DNA of 64,000 nucleotides from Octopus vulgaris (lineage: Eukaryota): the NCBI GenBank assembly GCA_951406725.2, contig OX597838.1, forward strand, positions 3,968,001 to 4,032,000, written 5' to 3'. Of this stretch, positions 56,906 through 64,000 are shown piece after piece. Positions within the stretch are counted from its first letter, which is position 1, and each line of letters opens with the position of its first letter. The notes beneath the pieces are model-generated. The model was not told the origin of the DNA. It was given only the letters and a program-made list of their open reading frames with translations, and searched no databases. A program made the translations under genes and the position numbers.

Positions 56906-57200
56906 GCTTGGCTTAGTGGTACGGGTGTTGCACGCACGATTGCTAGACCGTGGGTTCGATTCCCAGACCGGGTGTTGCGTTGTGTTCTTGAGCAAAGCAC
57001 TTCATTTCACGTTGCTCACCATTCATTTCGACATCTGACATGTGACACTCCGTTGCACCTGTACAGGTAATATCAATCTGATGGAGGGAGTGAGCTTATG
57101 TCTACACAAACATTTGATCACTATAAACAAACCATTTGTATTGTTGTTCGCTACGAAACTGCCAAGTCCTCATACGTCGTCTAACGACGGTTGAGTCCAC
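56903..57200 (+). mobile_element. SINE family C
   Basis: A box TGGCTTAGTGG, B box GGTTCGATTCC, and TGTGTTCTTGAGCAAAGCACTT. Confidence 0.85.
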
Positions 57201-57209
57201 GATACTTAT

Positions 57210-57545
57210 ATGCTAAACTTTTGGCAAGTTCTGCATATTTTGATTGTTCTATTAATGGGTGAAATCCTCTGCAACCATTTTCTAAATACCTTTCTCTTTT
57301 CTGGTTTTGAGAACGCTAATTTCTCATGATTGTAGTAGCTTGTTGCATATCTCAGTCCCCCCAGTAATTACGGGTATAAATCTGAACTTGTAAACCGAGT
57401 AGAGTAGCTGCAGTTTTCTCAATAGTTCAGCATTGGTGTTAACTTTTTCGCTAATCTTCAGCTTCGTTGAAATCCGCTGAGTAACTGAAATTTACTATTG
57501 TTCATAATCTCTCTCTTGTCTGATCCCAATTCGCAATATCTGGCT
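57210..57545 (-). mobile_element. RLE-type LINE C-terminal remnant
   Basis: PDIANWD..LKISEK..AELLRKLQLLYSVYKFRFIPVITGGL..IKICRT. Confidence 0.7.
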
Positions 57546-57596
57546 TTTTTTTTGTTTGCTTTGTATATATGCATGAATGTATGTATTAGTGTGTAC

Positions 57597-58345
<749 letters not shown>

Positions 58346-58809
58346 ACACATAATGATTAATGACTTATGCAATTTTCTTATCCTCTCTCTCATCTCAATA
58401 TAAAACTAATCTTGTTTACACTAAATCCCTCTTCTCATAATCCCTCGAAAACTCCTTACTCTTCGTCCCCTCTTCCTCCCACTTGCTCTCCTCCTTCTGC
58501 TCCCGGATTTCATTTCTTTTTTTTTACCTGTTTTTCTATATTTTTATTTTTGTTTAAGTGGTTGTTGTTGTTGTTGTTGCAGATGTTTCTGTTGTGATTG
58601 TTGTTGTTTGTTGCTGTTGTTGTTTTCTTTATTCGTCTTCCATGTTTCAAACTCGCGAAAAATCCTGGGCCCTACTTCCCCCCACCCTCGCCTCCTCCAC
58701 CACCACCACCACCACCACCACCACCACCACTACGACAAACAATCGCCAGAATTACTACCACCACAACCATAACCAACACAGCCACCACCACCACCTTCAC
58801 CACCACCAT

Positions 58810-58851
<42 letters not shown>

Positions 58852-59430
58852 TTATGACTACTCTTGCTGCTGCTGCTGCTGCTGCTGCCATGCTCATCCC
58901 TACCACTACTACCACCACCAGCACCATCATCAACACCAACACCACCACCAGCACCACCCCCACCGACACCAACACCACCATTTCCACCTCCTCGAATTTA
59001 ACATCCCCACCACTACCAGCACCATCCATCACCACCGACACCTCCACCACCACCAACATCAACATCATCATCACCACCACCACAACGGCCACCATCATCA
59101 TCATCATTACCACCGCCTTCCCCCTCCATTTGGATTTACTAACATCGTCACCGCCACCACCATCACCATTACTATCACCACCGCCATCATTCCATCTGGT
59201 TTCTTTACCATTGACATCCTCCTCCTCCTCCTCCTCCTCCTCCTCACTACTATTACTACTGATTTTCCCCACATCACCATCACCACCACCACCACCACCA
59301 CTCATCTCCTCCTCCTCCCCTTTTGCCACTCCCCCTCTCAACCATCAATAATCTCTTACTCCCTCATTAAGTGTGGCCTGTCATACAGAAACGAAATGGA
59401 CAGAGTAAGAGAGAGAGACAGGGAGAGAGT

Positions 59431-59461
<31 letters not shown>

Positions 59462-59930
59462 GGGCGAAAATAAGGTTAGGGGCCGCTTATAACGGTAAAA
59501 ACCACGCGAATATAATATAATGCCGGTGCACGGGAGCAATCCTCAGTAACAGGGTTTTTATGGTCACCGTTTGGGCTGTACACATACACGTACATACATT
59601 CACACACACTGCCATAGACACACACACGCACACGCACACACGCACACGCACACACATTCTGACAGATACACTCACGCATACACACACACACACACACACA
59701 CACACCATACATATGGACATACGAATTCATATACATATTTAGACGTACGTACATGCATACATACATACATACAAACATGTATTTAAAAACAAATACACGC
59801 ACACGTACATATATGTACACACAAAAACATTTATATGTACATAAACACACACACACACACACATACAACATACGTGCACAAATGCATACAAACATAACAT
59901 ACAAACACACACACACACACACACATACAC

Positions 59931-59973
<43 letters not shown>

Positions 59974-60021
59974 TAATTAAAATTATATAATTATATATAT
60001 ATATATATACCCTTAATTATG

Positions 60022-60063
<42 letters not shown>

Positions 60064-60067
<4 letters not shown>

Positions 60068-60440
60068 CGTAGGAGTGGCTGTGTGGTAAGTAGCTTGCTA
60101 ACGAACCACATGGTTCCGGGTTCAGTCCCACTGCGTGGCACCTTGGGCAAGTGTCTTCTACTATAGCCTCGAGCCGACCAAAGCCTTGTGAGTGGATTTG
60201 GTAGACGGAAACTGAAAGAAGCCCGTCGTATATATATACATATACGTACATACATACATACATACATACATACATACATACATGTATGTCTATGTATTTG
60301 TGTTTGTACCCTCACGTCCCCGTAAAATAGCGGTTCGGCAAAAGAGACCGATAGGCTTACAAAGAATAAGTCCTGGGGTCGATTTACTCGACTAAAGGCG
60401 GTGCTCCAGCATGGCTGAAACAAGTAAAAGAATAAAAGAA
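60064..60440 (+). mobile_element. SINE family A with small internal deletions
   Basis: Matches the consensus of the other copies. Confidence 0.9.
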
Positions 60441-61862
60441 CATATAGTATATGTGATAATTAAATTATACATTATGCGTTTTTATTGTTTTGCTACGTAT
60501 GTGATCCCCGGTCCATGACAAAAATTGTCTCACACGAAACCGATGAGCGCTGCATAAAATGTTTGGGACCGCTGTCTTCCACGACAACACATGCCGGAAA
60601 ATTGAAAATCATATAGAAACAAAAAAAGGCAGTAACAATACTCTTATATTGTCTGAAACAGTCTATATAAAGGAAAAAATTAACCAAACAACAACAACAG
60701 CAACAATAGGGAAACCATTAAATAAGCCACAAGGATTTTTACTAATCTAGTTAAGTTAACTGCGATTTAAACGAACTTAATACGATTAGTTTAGATTGAA
60801 ATATAAAAACAAAGAAATAAGCGTTGATTTGTTATTTATTTTTTGTTGTTTTTCCTTTGTCTTTTGGGGATTTTCTTCTTGGTTTCGGAGAAAGGGTGTT
60901 ATTAATTCTGTTGTCATCGTTGTTGTTGTAATCGACGAATTTGTTTTTGCGTAGACAGATGCGACAAACTGACAGAAAGCAGCGACAAAAGAAAGCCTAC
61001 CTACCTACCTACATACACACCCGTACTCTGTGACCATCCACCCATCTCTCACGCACTATGAAATGCTAAACTAGATGCAAAGCAAAAAGGAATAAAAAAA
61101 CAAAGGCTTTAATCAGCATACATTTCTGCCAAAGTCCACCACCTCAAATCCGGCACCACCAACACTATCTCATACTCATCCCGCTTTCCTCCTCTCCCAT
61201 CCCAAAAGGTAACATGTTTATTTAATTATTCATTTTTAATTTATTTATGTCAATACCGCAAGCTAAGATCAAAGACGCCTTCATTAAATTAATACACAAA
61301 GATTTTATTTTCGCTTCAAATTACGTAGAATCGTCGATTTTTAAGGCTAAAAAATTATAAATTCGAAAGAATTCGTGAAGAGAAAAGGAAGAGGTGGTGG
61401 CAAAGACCTCCTCTCCGAAACGTCAAAGTACTTCACTCTTTACTGTGTCAATTTCTTTTAAATTTTTTTCGATTTTTAAAAATATTGGTGCTTCTAATTT
61501 TTTTTTTCGAGAGAGAAAAATGAGGAAGAAGGGCAGATAATGGAATAAATTGTACCTTAGTGTATTACTGTTGTCAAGATAGACATGGTCCAGTGCTTAA
61601 GAAGGTTACTTCGCAATCATGAGGCTCTGGGTTCGATTGCACTGCGGGTCGTCATGAAGAAGTGCCTTATACTAACACGCACAAATATATATATAATTTA
61701 AAATTAATCAAAGGACATACTAAATATGTCTACCTGCTTGAAATAACAGTCAAAGCTCTTATTAAATCGCCAAAAATAGACTGATGAAAACTACAGAAAT
61801 CAAACGTAGGCAAAATCAGGTTAAGACAATCTACTAACATACATTTAAGTATCTGGACTCAC

Positions 61863-61941
61863 GTGGACCGGTTTCTGCACTGGCAAAATAAGCCTTAGCT
61901 TCTTCAGCACGCGTTGCCATGATTAGAGATTCCCAACCCAT
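61863..61941 (-). CDS. Candidate first coding exon of an unidentified leftward gene (MGWESLIMATRAEEAKAYFASAETGP, phase 1)
   Basis: In-frame ATGs at 61941 and 61920 (ATCATGG), donor CAC|GTGAGT at 61863/61862, and CpG-rich unique DNA. No downstream exon was identified. Confidence 0.3.
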
Positions 61942-62091
61942 CGCTTCGAAGTCTGTGCTGCAAATGATTCGTTTCGCGCCGAAATCACAGCAGCCGCCAG
62001 TGTAAAATAGTCTCGATTATATTTACGAGAAAAATAATTCACCAAAAATTAATTAACGAAGGTGTCATTTAGAATTAATGACACCATCGTA

Positions 62092-62149
<58 letters not shown>

Positions 62150-62154
<5 letters not shown>

Positions 62155-62680
62155 GATGGACTCTCACGTCGATTTCGACGTATGAGGCTCCGACAACGCA
62201 CTCTTTCTTTGTCAGTCATAATGCTTATGTCGAATGTGACATTTAAGTCCCGCCAACGATTTGCAAAGAAGGCCACAGATGTTGCAAGTATGAGGATTAC
62301 AGGTCATTGCTGGTAGTATATGTGCACCCGCTTTTCTCCTTTGCCTTGCACCCCCGAAACCATGCAGCAAAGTTTTTAATACCATTTTCAAACAACGATC
62401 TCCATTTTGCTCGTTCCAAGGATGTTCGCCTAAAGGTGTTGTGAGCTATCTCCATCTCTAAGCGCTTACACTTCAGCTTGTCCTTATAGCTGAGCCATGG
62501 TCGACCGATATACCTGTGCCCACTCTCAAGTTAGTTGAAGACGAGGACTTTGAGTATACTTTCGTCACTCATTCTGACGACATGGCCAGCCAAGCGCAAT
62601 TATGATTGTATAAGGAAGCTCTCCATTCCACCAATCTTACACTTGCTAAACAAGATGGCATTAAAAACTTTGTCTACACA
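62150..62680 (-). mobile_element. RTE/BovB-type LINE 3' remnant
   Basis: MESFLIQS*LRLAGHVVRMSDESILK..GHRYIGRPWLSYKDKLK..ERAKWRS. Confidence 0.8.
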
Positions 62681-62708
62681 CACACCACTCATACACACAC
62701 ACACAGAC

Positions 62709-62787
<79 letters not shown>

Positions 62788-62800
62788 CATATTTATATAG

Positions 62801-63150
62801 GAGGAGGAGGAGACCCCCTTCGGTCACGACACTGACCATGGGATTGCACCTAGAAAGTTACCCTCCGAGGCACAAATCAGGGCAAGGTTGTTTATGGAAG
62901 ACCAGCAGTCGCCCACGCATACCAGCCTCCCCTCACCACACCACTGATGTTATCCAAGAGAAAGGCAAAGGGGCCGATACAGCTTTGGCACCAGTGATGT
63001 CGCAACTCATTTCTACAGCTGAGTTAACTGGGGCAACGTGAAATAAGTGTCTTGCTCAAGAACACAACACGCAGCCCGGTCCGGGAATCGAACTCACAAC
63101 CTCACGATCGGAAAAATCGACGCTCTAACCACTGAGCCATGCGCCTTCAC
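62801..63150 (-). mobile_element. SINE family C, full length with (CCT)n tail
   Basis: Minus-strand A box TGGCTCAGTGG, B box AGTTCGATTCC, then TGTGTTCTTGAGCAAGACACTT and CTCAGCTGTAGAAATGAG. Confidence 0.85.
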
Positions 63151-63596
63151 TATATATAATATAACTATATATATATAGTTATATTATTTACATACTTCCA
63201 AGTTTAAGTTGGGGCATTCGTCGTGTATGAATAGAAAACTGAAGAAACTGGAGCCAGGAAACATGTGATTGCGAAGGAAATGTCTTATATAAGTCTGTTT
63301 TTAAAAAGTCGAAATTGAAGTCGCTCTTCTTCTTCTCTTTCACGTCGCTTCTTTCTCTCTTCTCTTTTCTCCTTTTCCTTCTACTTCTCCCGCATTTTCC
63401 TTTTGGTCTTCTTCTTCTTCTTCTTCTTCTTCTTCTTCTTCTTCTTCTTCTTCTTCTTCTTCTTCTTCTTCTTCTTCTTCTTCTATTCCTGCTTCTTTAT
63501 TCATTCTTCTACCTCACCTCCTTCATCTTCCATTTTCCATCATCATCATCTTTTTCTTCTTTTCCTCATCGGGTTTTCTGTCTCTTCTTCTTCTTC

Positions 63597-63664
<68 letters not shown>

Positions 63665-63921
63665 GCTTTCTTCTGCCTTTTCTTCTTCTTCCCTTATTCT
63701 TCACATAAAGATAAACTCCAACCTGATTGGATTCTCCAGCTTCTTTCCAGAAACACTTCACCTGTGTTTGTGTGTGCGCGCGCGCGTGAGTGAGTTAGTG
63801 AGTTCGTGTGTGTGGTCTGCACATGTATATATTTGTATGTGTGTGAGTGTTCGTTTGTTTTAACGTTCTTATTCATCTTTCTCATTGGAAATCTCCCCCA
63901 CTTCTCTCTCCATCTCTCTCT

Positions 63922-63985
<64 letters not shown>

Positions 63986-64000
63986 CACACACATACACAC

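Noticed and set aside
58598-59473. 291-aa His/Pro/Thr-rich ORF
   Set aside because: It is a degenerate (CAC)/(CAT)/(CTA) trinucleotide tract open in several frames on both strands, with no splice or start context.
61374-61430. GTGAAGA..hairpin..GAAACGTC hammerhead-like motif
   Set aside because: The core lacks C3 and stem I does not pair; at best it is a decayed copy.

Overview
This is eukaryotic, AT-rich, microsatellite-saturated non-coding DNA. Its SINE families and repeat landscape look like an Octopus (cephalopod) genome; that assignment is an inference. I found no intact protein-coding gene, and nearly all ORFs in the track are translations of (TA)n, (CA)n, (GATA)n, (CT)n or trinucleotide tracts. 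The unique-looking DNA is mostly transposon debris: three tRNA-derived SINE families, R4/Dong-type RLE LINE fragments, RTE/BovB fragments, Tx1/L1-type 3' ends, a CR1/L2/Jockey-group RT remnant, mariner remnants and MITEs. The most notable signal is RNA-structural. At 44409-45742 there is a 12-copy tandem array of a 112-bp unit, and each unit carries a type I hammerhead ribozyme fold (stem I-CYGANGA-stem II-GAAA-stem III-GUC-stem I'). The array has a 448-bp higher-order repeat and is bracketed by 92-bp direct repeats, which resembles an unusually small non-LTR retrozyme or circRNA cassette. About ten further minimal hammerhead-like motifs, of the kind known from Penelope-like elements, are dispersed through the window; several of them are decayed. 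Coordinates of degenerate repeat ends are approximate.
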